This document shows, piece after piece, positions 46,314 to 55,347 of a stretch of 64,000 nucleotides of DNA. Positions within the stretch are counted from its first letter, which is position 1, and each line of letters starts with the position of its first letter. Under the pieces are notes generated by a model that saw only the letters and a program-made list of their open reading frames with translations, had not been told where the DNA came from and did not search any database. The stretch lies in the IMG/VR virus record IMGVR_UViG_3300025601_000007. The stretch is one strand, 5' to 3'. Both the position numbers and the translations under genes were made by a program. This stretch comes from a virus (Duplodnaviria > Caudoviricetes).

Positions 46314-47510
46314 TTAGTAACTAACGGGAAAAGGAATCACATCGTGAATCTTCTCCGCTTTCGTCAAGAACATAACCAGGCGCTCAAATCCCATTCCGAA
46401 CCCAGCATGTGGAACCGTCCCCCATTTACGAGTGTCTAGATACCATTGCATAGATTTTGAATCCACGCCAGCTTCTTCCATTTGAGTTTTTAGCGTATCG
46501 TGGTCCTCTTCTCGAACAGAGCCTCCAATCAACTCTCCAACTTCTGGGAACACCAGGTCAAAACAAATTGCCTTTCCACCTTCTCTCTTCATATAAAATG
46601 GTTTGAGGTCCTGTGGCCAGTGAGTGATAAACACAGGGCCTTTGTGGTGCGCAACTATTTCACGCTCTAGTTCAGTTCCTACATCTTCTCCATATGACAA
46701 ACCAAACTCATCACATACTTCTTGATATGTTATTCGAGAATACCTGGCACCAACCTCAGATTTAAGTGATTCCAAGGTTACTCCCAACTCTTTTTGATGG
46801 CCACTTTTACCAAGTGAAACAGCCACTTTGGCAATTGTCATTCTCAGCATAGACTCGGCAAAATCCATTATTTGCTCTAAGTCATAATGAGCCAGCTCAG
46901 GTTCAATCATCCAGAACTCAGACAAATGCTTTCTGGTTGATGATTTTTCAGCTCGAAAACATGGACCAAAAGTGTAGATTTTCCCCAACGCCATCATACC
47001 AACTTCTCCATGAAGCTGACCCGAAACCGTTAAATGTCGTTTGAGCCATTCTGATTCGGCTGAAAACTGTTCTCCAGCACCCTCACAATCTGAGCTGGTC
47101 ATAATCGGTGTGTGATATTGAGATACTGACTCCTCATGCATAAACGAGTGTAATGCAAAGCTTGTTTCGCTTCGTGCGTGCATAATAGCGCACATGCGTC
47201 GGTCTCGCCCTCGTGTCTGAGGAATCGTTCTAAGAAAGCTTGAAGAGTGAAATTTAGGCTGAACTGGGTAATCTTCTCCAGACTCGCCAAGAACCTCAAT
47301 TGAAGTTGCTTTGAATTCATAATCTCCCCTGGGGGTTCTCCCATCTTCACCCTGCATTTGAATAGACGCTCCAGCAGATAACCCTAGGGAGACTTCGCAG
47401 TCTGAGTGTTTTATTGTTACTTGAAATTCCTCTTGCCCGTCCGTGACGGCTAAGAATGTTAATGCTTTGGATTTACGCACGGAACGAATCCATCCTTGTC
47501 TTGTTTTCAT
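46314..47510 (-). CDS. asnS: Asparagine--tRNA ligase
   Basis: OB-fold GWIRSVR, LTVSGQLHGE, FRAEKSSTRKHLSEFWMIEPE, GELIGGSVRE, PHAGFGMGFER. Confidence 0.95.
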   Translation of the reverse strand: MKTRQGWIRSVRKSKALTFLAVTDGQEEFQVTIKHSDCEVSLGLSAGASIQMQGEDGRTPRGDYEFKATSIEVLGESGEDYPVQPKFHSSSFLRTIPQTRGRDRRMCAIMHARSETSFALHSFMHEESVSQYHTPIMTSSDCEGAGEQFSAESEWLKRHLTVSGQLHGEVGMMALGKIYTFGPCFRAEKSSTRKHLSEFWMIEPELAHYDLEQIMDFAESMLRMTIAKVAVSLGKSGHQKELGVTLESLKSEVGARYSRITYQEVCDEFGLSYGEDVGTELEREIVAHHKGPVFITHWPQDLKPFYMKREGGKAICFDLVFPEVGELIGGSVREEDHDTLKTQMEEAGVDSKSMQWYLDTRKWGTVPHAGFGMGFERLVMFLTKAEKIHDVIPFPVSY

Positions 47511-47537
47511 TTGTTTATTTTAAAAAAGTTTGGGCAC

Positions 47538-47560
47538 AAAAAAAACCGCTTAGTAGCGGC
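47538..47560 (-). terminator. Attenuator terminator upstream of asnS
   Basis: GCCGCT ACTA AGCGGT followed by T8 on the minus strand. Confidence 0.85.
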
Positions 47561-47587
47561 TTTTGAATATCGATGTTTTTCTATCCC

Positions 47588-47665
47588 TTAATTGGACATA
47601 ACAACCTTATTCATCAGCCGATTGGCGATGTTATTAAAATTGTTATTTAGAGAAAATGTTGTCAT
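47588..47665 (-). CDS. Asn-rich leader peptide (MTTFSLNNNFNNIANRLMNKVVMSN)
   Basis: 25 aa with 8 Asn codons, followed by antiterminator/terminator and asnS. Confidence 0.85.
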   Translation of the reverse strand: MTTFSLNNNFNNIANRLMNKVVMSN

Positions 47666-47745
47666 TGTCTTTTGAAGTCAGTTGCAAGTATATAGATAAA
47701 ATATTACAATACGCAGAATTATTACGATTTTAACCATATAAAGTT

Positions 47746-48126
47746 TCACTTTATAAAGCGACGACCCATGATTCTGAAGTCTATTAAGGGAATGTGAAAA
47801 ATTTCAGTGTTTCTTTTAAAATCTCTATAAGCAGCTCTCCATCTAAAGCCTTGAACTAAATGACTTACTAGTAGAGCAAAAAATAGGCTCACAAAATAAG
47901 TTATAGAAACCCATAATCCCCACCCTCCAGATTTACCGCTCATATAAAGAATGCTGTCAATTAGCCAAATCAAAATAAAAACTGCTTTGACCCAGTTTTT
48001 TGCTAGGGTTTTTTTGTAAACTTTGAGTACTGTTTTTTGCCACGGACTGTCATATACATAAGTTTCAACTGCCTCCTGGATTGCATTTGTATCGTCTTGG
48101 TTCAGTATATATGTTGCTTTTTCCAT
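47746..48126 (-). CDS. Small membrane protein (2 TM)
   Basis: Two hydrophobic segments. Confidence 0.65.
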   Translation of the reverse strand: MEKATYILNQDDTNAIQEAVETYVYDSPWQKTVLKVYKKTLAKNWVKAVFILIWLIDSILYMSGKSGGWGLWVSITYFVSLFFALLVSHLVQGFRWRAAYRDFKRNTEIFHIPLIDFRIMGRRFIK

Positions 48127-48207
48127 ATTTTTTATTTTACAATTATAATCATTTCCAATGTTGGAATAACTTACATTACATTTCTTAGCAACTCAGTAAT
48201 ATTTTTG

Positions 48208-48906
48208 CTAGCTTCCAGCAAGGGTATTTTTTTTACCAGCCTCCAATAGTATTTTTCTAATTTGATTTCTAATTTGGGTTTCCCAAATAAAAGGATGAGC
48301 CTGCACGGCCTTCTTGTAATGAAGCTTTGCTGGGACTTTCATAAAAATCTCATACTCTATTGTTAACTTTCTTCCGTCAGCTAAAGTCATATCAATGTAT
48401 GTACATTGGTCTTTTTTAGATAAGAAAGAAAACATTTTAGGACCCATTTCACGCCCAAGTTCTAGCGTTTTATTGCAATAGTATTTTTTTAATTTATGAG
48501 GAGCTGCATCAAACTCAGCATCAGAAAGTCCTGTTTTTTTTGACAAAACCACATCAATATACAGTTTTTTTAGGTTGAAAGGCAATTGACCGAACTCAGC
48601 TATAGATACCCACCGCTTTTTTTCGATGTATTTCTCCATTTGAGAATGAGTAGCAGCTTCAATTTCGTGGCGTTCAAGCTCTTTTATTTGTGCAATTAAA
48701 ACATTAATATAGCACTTTTTTTGCGCTTTCGTAGCTGCAACAGTTTCGTCTTTATTCAAACGAATGCCCTTTTCTAGGAGATTGTCTATAAAATCCTTTT
48801 TTTCCCGCTTAGATTTATTATTAAAATCTTTTCTCTCGAAATGCACCATGTCCATAAATAGGTCAGGTTTTGCTAACGCAAACCCTCTGTAGAAGCTTAT
48901 TTTCAA
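48208..48906 (-). CDS. Hypothetical protein
   Basis: 232-aa ORF; start uncertain; possible 3' homopolymer frameshift. Confidence 0.6.
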   Translation of the reverse strand: MKISFYRGFALAKPDLFMDMVHFERKDFNNKSKREKKDFIDNLLEKGIRLNKDETVAATKAQKKCYINVLIAQIKELERHEIEAATHSQMEKYIEKKRWVSIAEFGQLPFNLKKLYIDVVLSKKTGLSDAEFDAAPHKLKKYYCNKTLELGREMGPKMFSFLSKKDQCTYIDMTLADGRKLTIEYEIFMKVPAKLHYKKAVQAHPFIWETQIRNQIRKILLEAGKKNTLAGS

Positions 48907-48931
48907 CCTATTTAATAGAAAGACTTATAAA

Positions 48932-49210
48932 ATGGCACAACACAACGCAAATTACACAATAGTCCCTTTTGCTTCAGGGGCAAATGGGAAGCACATCTGC
49001 GGAGATGGCGTCTCCGCATCTACTGTGCACCAAGTATACTGCACATCAGGGGGCGCTGTAACAATTGTAGCACTCGGAGGAGGAAATTTAACTGTGACTT
49101 TAGCTGCTGGACAGTATGTGAATGTTCTATGTAGCAGTGTTAATGTTGGTTCAGGAGCTTTTGTTGGCTTTAGGGCACTAGCAAATAGAGGAAATAGATT
49201 ACTAGGATAA
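48932..49210 (+). CDS. Small beta-rich putative virion protein
   Basis: 92 aa; CTATTTAA at 48908. Confidence 0.7.
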   Translation: MAQHNANYTIVPFASGANGKHICGDGVSASTVHQVYCTSGGAVTIVALGGGNLTVTLAAGQYVNVLCSSVNVGSGAFVGFRALANRGNRLLG

Positions 49211-49220
49211 TAAAAAACAA

Positions 49221-50399
49221 ATGAGCGCATCAATAATCGGCTGCCTAACAGGGGTCACATCATCAGAAAAGAGTAGAATATACAACAGGATTAAGATGTT
49301 GCTGGGTGCGCCTGTTGTTAAGGTTGAACTTCGTGATGAGCAATTTGAAGCGATGGTATGTCATAGTATTGAAGAATATTCTGTACACGTTGCAGACTGG
49401 TTTCTTCAAAATCAGCTTGCTGAAATTTTAGGTGTACCTAGTGAAATTGATTTGACATTAAAATATGTAGCAAACACGCAGTATTTTGAACGCTCTTGGG
49501 CATCTTCTATTGGTGAACAGATTGGATTAGGTGCTAATGGAAATAGAGAGCTTAAAACAGGGGTTATAGAGCTTACTGGGGGAACTCAAGACTACCTTAT
49601 ACAAGCGAATCGAGAAGTTATCGAGATTCTTTGGTTTACTCCGTCGTTTATCAATTTGTTTGGTCTTGACCCGTTCGCTAATACTAATATTGCATTTTCA
49701 GAATTCGGCGCATCTTTCGCTGGACATTCAATGTATCACGTAATGCCTGTGTTTGACACTATCATGACTGCGCAGGCTGCGGAAATGAGGAACAGGGTTC
49801 GTGGGCACGAATACTCGTACAGTATACACCCAGGGCCAGATGGAACAAAACGAGTACGACTATATCCAATTCCAAGAAACACATCGACCGCTGGGTCTAG
49901 TGTTGGTATTGGAGGTGGTGCTGGAACACCAGGAACATGTTACTATAGATACTACGATAGGACTTCAGGAAATGGAAACCCAGAATATTCTGGAACTTCA
50001 GCAAACCCTGGTTACACTGCATCGACAAGCACTGAACAAGGAAACGGGCTTGTTAGTTCTTTTGCTGATGCAGGATTCCATAATCTAAATTATGACCAAT
50101 TAAACGACAAGTCAAAGAAGTGGGTTCTGGATTATACGTTCGCTTTGGCCGCAAGAACACTTGGGCCAATGATTCGAGGAAAGTTTGACGGACAATTGCC
50201 TATCCCAGACGCGGAGCTCCGATTAAACTCAAATACACTGCTTGACATATCCAATCGTGAGATGGATAGGTTATATAAAAAACTAGAGGATGAACTCGAA
50301 AGACTCTCCTTCCGAAAGATTATGGAAGACAGGGCATCGATTCAAGAAAATCTCAACAAATCTCAAAGTTTCGGACCGCTTGATATCTGGATATACTAA
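49221..50399 (+). CDS. gp13: Neck protein (T4 gp13-like)
   Basis: LLGAPVVKVEL.DEQ; C-terminal RGKFDG..PIP...LN. Confidence 0.8.
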   Translation: MSASIIGCLTGVTSSEKSRIYNRIKMLLGAPVVKVELRDEQFEAMVCHSIEEYSVHVADWFLQNQLAEILGVPSEIDLTLKYVANTQYFERSWASSIGEQIGLGANGNRELKTGVIELTGGTQDYLIQANREVIEILWFTPSFINLFGLDPFANTNIAFSEFGASFAGHSMYHVMPVFDTIMTAQAAEMRNRVRGHEYSYSIHPGPDGTKRVRLYPIPRNTSTAGSSVGIGGGAGTPGTCYYRYYDRTSGNGNPEYSGTSANPGYTASTSTEQGNGLVSSFADAGFHNLNYDQLNDKSKKWVLDYTFALAARTLGPMIRGKFDGQLPIPDAELRLNSNTLLDISNREMDRLYKKLEDELERLSFRKIMEDRASIQENLNKSQSFGPLDIWIY

Positions 50400-50515
50400 T
50401 GGAGCCAGGGGAATACAGCAGGTGGATTGCGGATAGTATCCTTAAAGCATCAGAGAAGGAAAAAGTTAATGGCAAAAAGAAAGAAGGGCCGCAGGAGGGC
50501 GAGCAGGAAGAGTAA
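50399..50515 (+). CDS. 38-aa coupled microprotein (MEPGEYSRWIADSILKASEKEK...)
   Basis: ATG overlaps the gp13 TAA. Confidence 0.4.
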   Translation: MEPGEYSRWIADSILKASEKEKVNGKKKEGPQEGEQEE

Positions 50516-50903
50516 AGAAATAGTAGAGATTGATAAATTCAAACGCTATCAGACTCAGCTTCGAGTTCATCATTTGTACCCTGCAAAAAAAGACGGTTTT
50601 TGTGACTGCGGATGCGGACAAGAGCTATCAGGGAGACAGAAACGGTGGGCAAGCACAAAATGTACAAACAAGGTCGTTAAAGAGTTTAAGATAATCAAAG
50701 GTGACACTAAGGTTATCCGAGAGGAAATACAGAAACGAGACAAGGACGTTTGCGCCGAATGTAACGAGCCAGCTGATGTGTGGCAAGCAGACCATATCAT
50801 TGAGGTTAGACATGGTGGTGGCGGATGCACACTAGATAACTTTCAAACCCTGTGCACTGTGTGTCATAAAAAGAAAACAAAGGAAAACTATAATAAGAAA
50901 TGA
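50469..50903 (+). CDS. HNH endonuclease
   Basis: CDCGCG, CAEC, DHIIEVRHGGG...NFQTLCTVCHKKKT. Confidence 0.9.
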   Translation: MAKRKKGRRRASRKSKEIVEIDKFKRYQTQLRVHHLYPAKKDGFCDCGCGQELSGRQKRWASTKCTNKVVKEFKIIKGDTKVIREEIQKRDKDVCAECNEPADVWQADHIIEVRHGGGGCTLDNFQTLCTVCHKKKTKENYNKK

Positions 50904-51469
50904 GCGACGATTTAAACGATATTGGAAGAAAACCTCAAGAAGTAGAGGACCATAATTCTACCCAGAAAGGTGTAAGAATGTTTTTTGGAAAGGAAGAGGC
51001 AGAGTTGTTTTCTTCTTTAGGTCGCGAAATCACAGAGGGATGGTTGCAGGAGAGTTTCTTGCTCTACAGGATAGACCTGCAGCAAACCTCTGTTCACCCT
51101 CTTTATGGTGAAACCAAACATAAAGTTTATAAAGAGTCTGTTGAGGTGTTCGGACGGATAAATACTCAATCCGAGGATACAACGATGCATATTGATGGGG
51201 GACCAATTAAACGTGGTCATGCCACAATGGAAGCTCATTTATACCTTGAACACTTACAAGAACTTGGTTTAGTTGTTCTAGAGAATGACCAAGATGTCGT
51301 TATGGATTTAAAAGTGGGGGACTACCTGGAATTTAAAGGTCAGTTTTTCAAAATTCATGAGGATGGGTACGCTCAAATAAACAACCAAAACTCTTGGGCT
51401 GGTGATAGAAGATTCTACATCACCATAAAAGCAAAAGAAGTCGATGAAGACCAATTTAACGCTAGATAA
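50900..51469 (+). CDS. Neck/head-closure protein (gp14-like)
   Basis: LYRIDLQQTSVHPLYGE; located next to gp13-like gene. Confidence 0.6.
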   Translation: MSDDLNDIGRKPQEVEDHNSTQKGVRMFFGKEEAELFSSLGREITEGWLQESFLLYRIDLQQTSVHPLYGETKHKVYKESVEVFGRINTQSEDTTMHIDGGPIKRGHATMEAHLYLEHLQELGLVVLENDQDVVMDLKVGDYLEFKGQFFKIHEDGYAQINNQNSWAGDRRFYITIKAKEVDEDQFNAR

Positions 51470-51828
51470 TGAAGGTGCCAGAATACATATACAACGCTAC
51501 GGTTGAAAACGTAGTAGACGGAGACACGATTGACTGCTTGGTTGATTTAGGGTTTAACACAACAAACAGAATCAGGTTTAGAATCAAAGATGACGAAGCT
51601 TATTTTGACACTCCTGAAACCTGGAGACCTAAAACAGAGGCGGAAGAAGCTCATGGTGAAGCAGCTAAGGCTAGAGCTAAAGAATTGCTGGAAGGAAAAA
51701 AAGTAGTGTTGAGGTCTGCAAAAAAAGGGAAGTATCGATACGTAGCCGAGGTGTTTATGGAAGACGGAAGCAGTTATACTGACTTAATGATTGCCGAAGG
51801 GTTTCAGAAGAAAGACTCTTACAAATAA
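51469..51828 (+). CDS. Thermonuclease (SNase-like)
   Basis: VVDGDTID..VDLGF, DTPET, KYRYVA. Confidence 0.85.
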   Translation: MKVPEYIYNATVENVVDGDTIDCLVDLGFNTTNRIRFRIKDDEAYFDTPETWRPKTEAEEAHGEAAKARAKELLEGKKVVLRSAKKGKYRYVAEVFMEDGSSYTDLMIAEGFQKKDSYK

Positions 51829-51919
51829 TTAATATTGATTCAATATATAATCCTTTTTTTTGAGTTATAACGCACATCCGCTTTCTTTTCGCAACCTATT
51901 TACAAGAAACACTTTGTAG

Positions 51920-54712
51920 ATGTCAATTCTGGACAATATTGGAGACAACTTAGATAGTCAGCACGAGAACCATAACTTCCTGCCTCAGAAAATTGAGTTA
52001 GAGGATATTGACCTTGGTGTAAAAAACTTTTTTGAAGGTCTCAACATCACGATGATGGACCAGAGTGGTCGTCAACGTCGCGTCCCTATTATTTGGCTTA
52101 ATCAAGAGTTGTTTGCTCAGCGAAAGAATTACTGGGAAAGCTTGACTAATGAAAACGGAGAAGAAATTCAAAGACCGTTTATAGCAGTATCTAGAAAAGG
52201 AATTAAGCAGGGTACATCACCCAACAGAAGAACTATTCCATGGATGAAAAAATTTGGGTTCACAAGACCTAGGACTTTTGATGGAACCTTAATGGGGTAC
52301 GACAAGTATATGGTTAGACAAGCTACTTGGGTAGATTGTGACTATGAAATTCGACTTGTCACCTCTTACATGGTAGACGTAAACGTTTTCTATCAAGAAA
52401 TTCTCAGAGATGGCTTCTCAGATGGGCAAGGATATATGAATATTAATGGTCATCAGATTCGTTCAATCCTAGGAGAACCATCAGAAGACAATCAGGTATC
52501 AAGCATTGATGATGAAAGAGTATTTCAGATTTCTGCTCCACTTGTGGTGCATGGAAAACTTTTTGACCCATCTGACCACGAAAAAAAGACCACAATCAAT
52601 AAGGTTGTCGTTAAAATGTGTGAGGACGGCTCTGAGAATCAGGGGGTAGCAAAAACTTTTGGCGGTCAAAGCTCAGCTAGACCATTTAGAAATAGCTGCG
52701 ACCCAGTTAATGTGTACAGTTACAATAATTTCTTATTATCTTCCGTCGCAGCTGGTCAGAGCTACATAATCTCAGCATCGACTGTATTAAATGTGTCTGG
52801 GACTACTCTTGCAACGCTGGCTCCAGGGGAAATTTATGTTGTGCCTGCAGGCGCTAATGCGACTGTATTAGATTCTACAGGTGGTACACTAGCTTTAATT
52901 TCTGGCGGGCTAAGCGGAACAATTACAGATTCAACAATATTTAATTCCACTGGTGGAACAGTTGGGACAGTAACGGCACAAGGCGCGTTCCTTGCTCCTG
53001 ATTCTACTGTTTTCGATTACTCAGGAGGAACTCTTGCGAGCTTGGCGCCGAGTGGAAGATTTACAGTGGAAGCTGTTAATATTTTATGGTCATCAGGCGG
53101 AACAGTAGCAACACTAGGGCCTTCGAGTTCATACCCGTTAGAGGCTGTTACAGTTCTTAATCACACTGGTGGAACAGTTTTTAATGACGCCGAACAGGGT
53201 CAGACTAGAAGTTTGTCTGCGGGTGTAGTATTTAATTTTTCAGGAGGAACTCTTGCGAACTTGGCTCCAAACGGAGTGTTTACCGTAGCAGCTGCTACAG
53301 GTGTTGTATCAAACTCTGCTGGAGTTTTAAAACTCGATACTACGCTTGGTCCTGGTGATAGCTTTGCATATGTTGTCTCAGATTTAAAAATTTCAAATAA
53401 CAGACCTAAACAGATATTCTCAATTTCTGGTGGAGGTTCCAGCTTTTTCTTAGATGATATATCATGGATTAATAGCGATGGAGCGTCTTTGTCATTTTTG
53501 CCCATCTATTATGATTTAGAAATGACTGCCCCTAATATTGACATAATCGACTCTTCAGGGATGTCTGCTAATACGGTTTTGTCTGGAACTGTTTATACAA
53601 ATTTTTCAGGAATAGTTACAGTAGAAAACTCAAATAGCAGCTTTGTAACTGGGTATACTAGTTTTGGGACTTATCCATTATCAGACATAAGCATTTTAAA
53701 TTCTTCTGGTGGAACAGTAGATACGTGGCCAGCAGTTTCTGCTTATACGATTGGAGATGTAGTTTATAGGAACTCTACTGGTGGAACTTTAGCTTTCATG
53801 CCAAGCATTTACCCTTTAAACGGACAAATACAAATCCCTCAATTTTCCATTATAAATTCTGATGGCCAATCAGGGACAACTTTTGCCTATAATAACCAAG
53901 TTCATACTAATTTTTCAGGAGGCGGGAGTGGGACTCAAATAATTTATCAAAGACCCTCTCCTTTTATAGATGGGACCGTTTATCGAACAGGCGATACGGA
54001 GTGGCATGCTAAAAATGGTTCGTATGATTTCAATGCAGTTACCGCTAGCACAGTTGTTGCTGCTGCTCTAAGTTACACTGCTACCGAGAGTGACGTTAGA
54101 GAAACTTATCATGGAACTATAGGAGATGGCACTGACCTTATTGCTCCGACTTATTTGTCAAACAATAATTTTTTTGGCAACAAGTTTAGATTCACAGATA
54201 GTCTTGGAAACAAAAGTGATTCAAGCGCCTCTAGCTTGTGGGCGCATGTTGATTTTAATGGTCATAATTACACGGGAGCAATAAATAACTATGTTATTGA
54301 CCATTTTACAGGTGTAGGCATGTATTTAAATTACATAACTAGCGGAAGCGCTTTTAACATGAATACAACAACATCAGACGGGGCCAGTTGGGAAAGTTGG
54401 ATTGATTATTTAAAAGTCTTTTCTTATTCAGGATTTTCAAACTGGAGACCTTACAGCGTTAATGAGATGACCATAGGTCCTATGGGCGCTTTTCTAACGG
54501 CGGGTTTATATGATTGGGCTGGAGAATTCTTTAATGGGGAAAGAAGCGATAACAGAATGTATTGCCTTTTAGGTGAAAGCGAAAATGCGACAGAAGCTAT
54601 GTTTGGGTTTGACAGTTCGGCTCCTGAATTAACTATAGACCAAACAAAAGCGGGTGGCTCTGGGTTTGGTCACAGAATTACTAATATTTTCGGTATAAGA
54701 ACTCATTATTAA
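51920..54712 (+). CDS. gp15-like tail-terminator domain fused to GGT-repeat stalk and DUF1566-like C-terminal domain
   Basis: N-terminal DIDLGVK..F, RRVPII, P..WVDCDYEI; about nine N/D-x-S/T-GGT repeats; C-terminal VIDHFTG...WESWIDY...GFSNWRP. Confidence 0.65.
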   Translation: MSILDNIGDNLDSQHENHNFLPQKIELEDIDLGVKNFFEGLNITMMDQSGRQRRVPIIWLNQELFAQRKNYWESLTNENGEEIQRPFIAVSRKGIKQGTSPNRRTIPWMKKFGFTRPRTFDGTLMGYDKYMVRQATWVDCDYEIRLVTSYMVDVNVFYQEILRDGFSDGQGYMNINGHQIRSILGEPSEDNQVSSIDDERVFQISAPLVVHGKLFDPSDHEKKTTINKVVVKMCEDGSENQGVAKTFGGQSSARPFRNSCDPVNVYSYNNFLLSSVAAGQSYIISASTVLNVSGTTLATLAPGEIYVVPAGANATVLDSTGGTLALISGGLSGTITDSTIFNSTGGTVGTVTAQGAFLAPDSTVFDYSGGTLASLAPSGRFTVEAVNILWSSGGTVATLGPSSSYPLEAVTVLNHTGGTVFNDAEQGQTRSLSAGVVFNFSGGTLANLAPNGVFTVAAATGVVSNSAGVLKLDTTLGPGDSFAYVVSDLKISNNRPKQIFSISGGGSSFFLDDISWINSDGASLSFLPIYYDLEMTAPNIDIIDSSGMSANTVLSGTVYTNFSGIVTVENSNSSFVTGYTSFGTYPLSDISILNSSGGTVDTWPAVSAYTIGDVVYRNSTGGTLAFMPSIYPLNGQIQIPQFSIINSDGQSGTTFAYNNQVHTNFSGGGSGTQIIYQRPSPFIDGTVYRTGDTEWHAKNGSYDFNAVTASTVVAAALSYTATESDVRETYHGTIGDGTDLIAPTYLSNNNFFGNKFRFTDSLGNKSDSSASSLWAHVDFNGHNYTGAINNYVIDHFTGVGMYLNYITSGSAFNMNTTTSDGASWESWIDYLKVFSYSGFSNWRPYSVNEMTIGPMGAFLTAGLYDWAGEFFNGERSDNRMYCLLGESENATEAMFGFDSSAPELTIDQTKAGGSGFGHRITNIFGIRTHY

Positions 54713-54762
54713 TATAAAGTCTTGGTGCTTTTCTGTCCTATTTATAGGAAACTTAATTAGAA

Positions 54763-55053
54763 ATGAAAATCACCAACAACAGGTCTACAGCTGCTATTTT
54801 TATGTACAAATGGAGCAATACGACTCAAAAAGAAAAATTTGCTGCATATGAAAAGCGAACACTTCCTAATTTAACGCATGCGGACCAGGTTTTATCTCGC
54901 CAATACATTGTGAATAGGACCACTTCTGGTACTGGTACAGCAGAATCTAATTTTATAGAGGTTACTACTCCAGGGCTAGCTAACAATCACGTGGTTAATT
55001 CATTAAAAGAAGTCGGAAGACAAACTAATGGGACTTGGGAGATTGAAGCTTAA
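54763..55053 (+). CDS. Hypothetical protein
   Basis: 96 aa; CTATTTAT at 54738. Confidence 0.7.
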   Translation: MKITNNRSTAAIFMYKWSNTTQKEKFAAYEKRTLPNLTHADQVLSRQYIVNRTTSGTGTAESNFIEVTTPGLANNHVVNSLKEVGRQTNGTWEIEA

Positions 55054-55347
55054 AAACGAACAACAAGTTAAAATGTGTGGTTTTTAATACCATGCAGATG
55101 GTTGCTGAAAGTTACAATTCTTACCCCTTTAGGAGCTCACAACTAAATTCTCTGACTATTTATACAACACAGGGCAATACAATCACTAAAGTAAGAGTGA
55201 AAGTAGCTCAATAGCATAAAGAGTTTACACTTATAACTATAATGGCACTAATAAAATATCAGCGTGAAGTATGCGCTTTTGTTTTCGTAACAAACGCTGG
55301 AAGATAAGGAAAACGACAAAAAAATACAACACGACAAACTATAAAAA

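Noticed and set aside
48145-48158. Short perfect inverted repeat TTCCAA-TG-TTGGAA
   Set aside because: A single short occurrence in AT-rich DNA with no supporting context.
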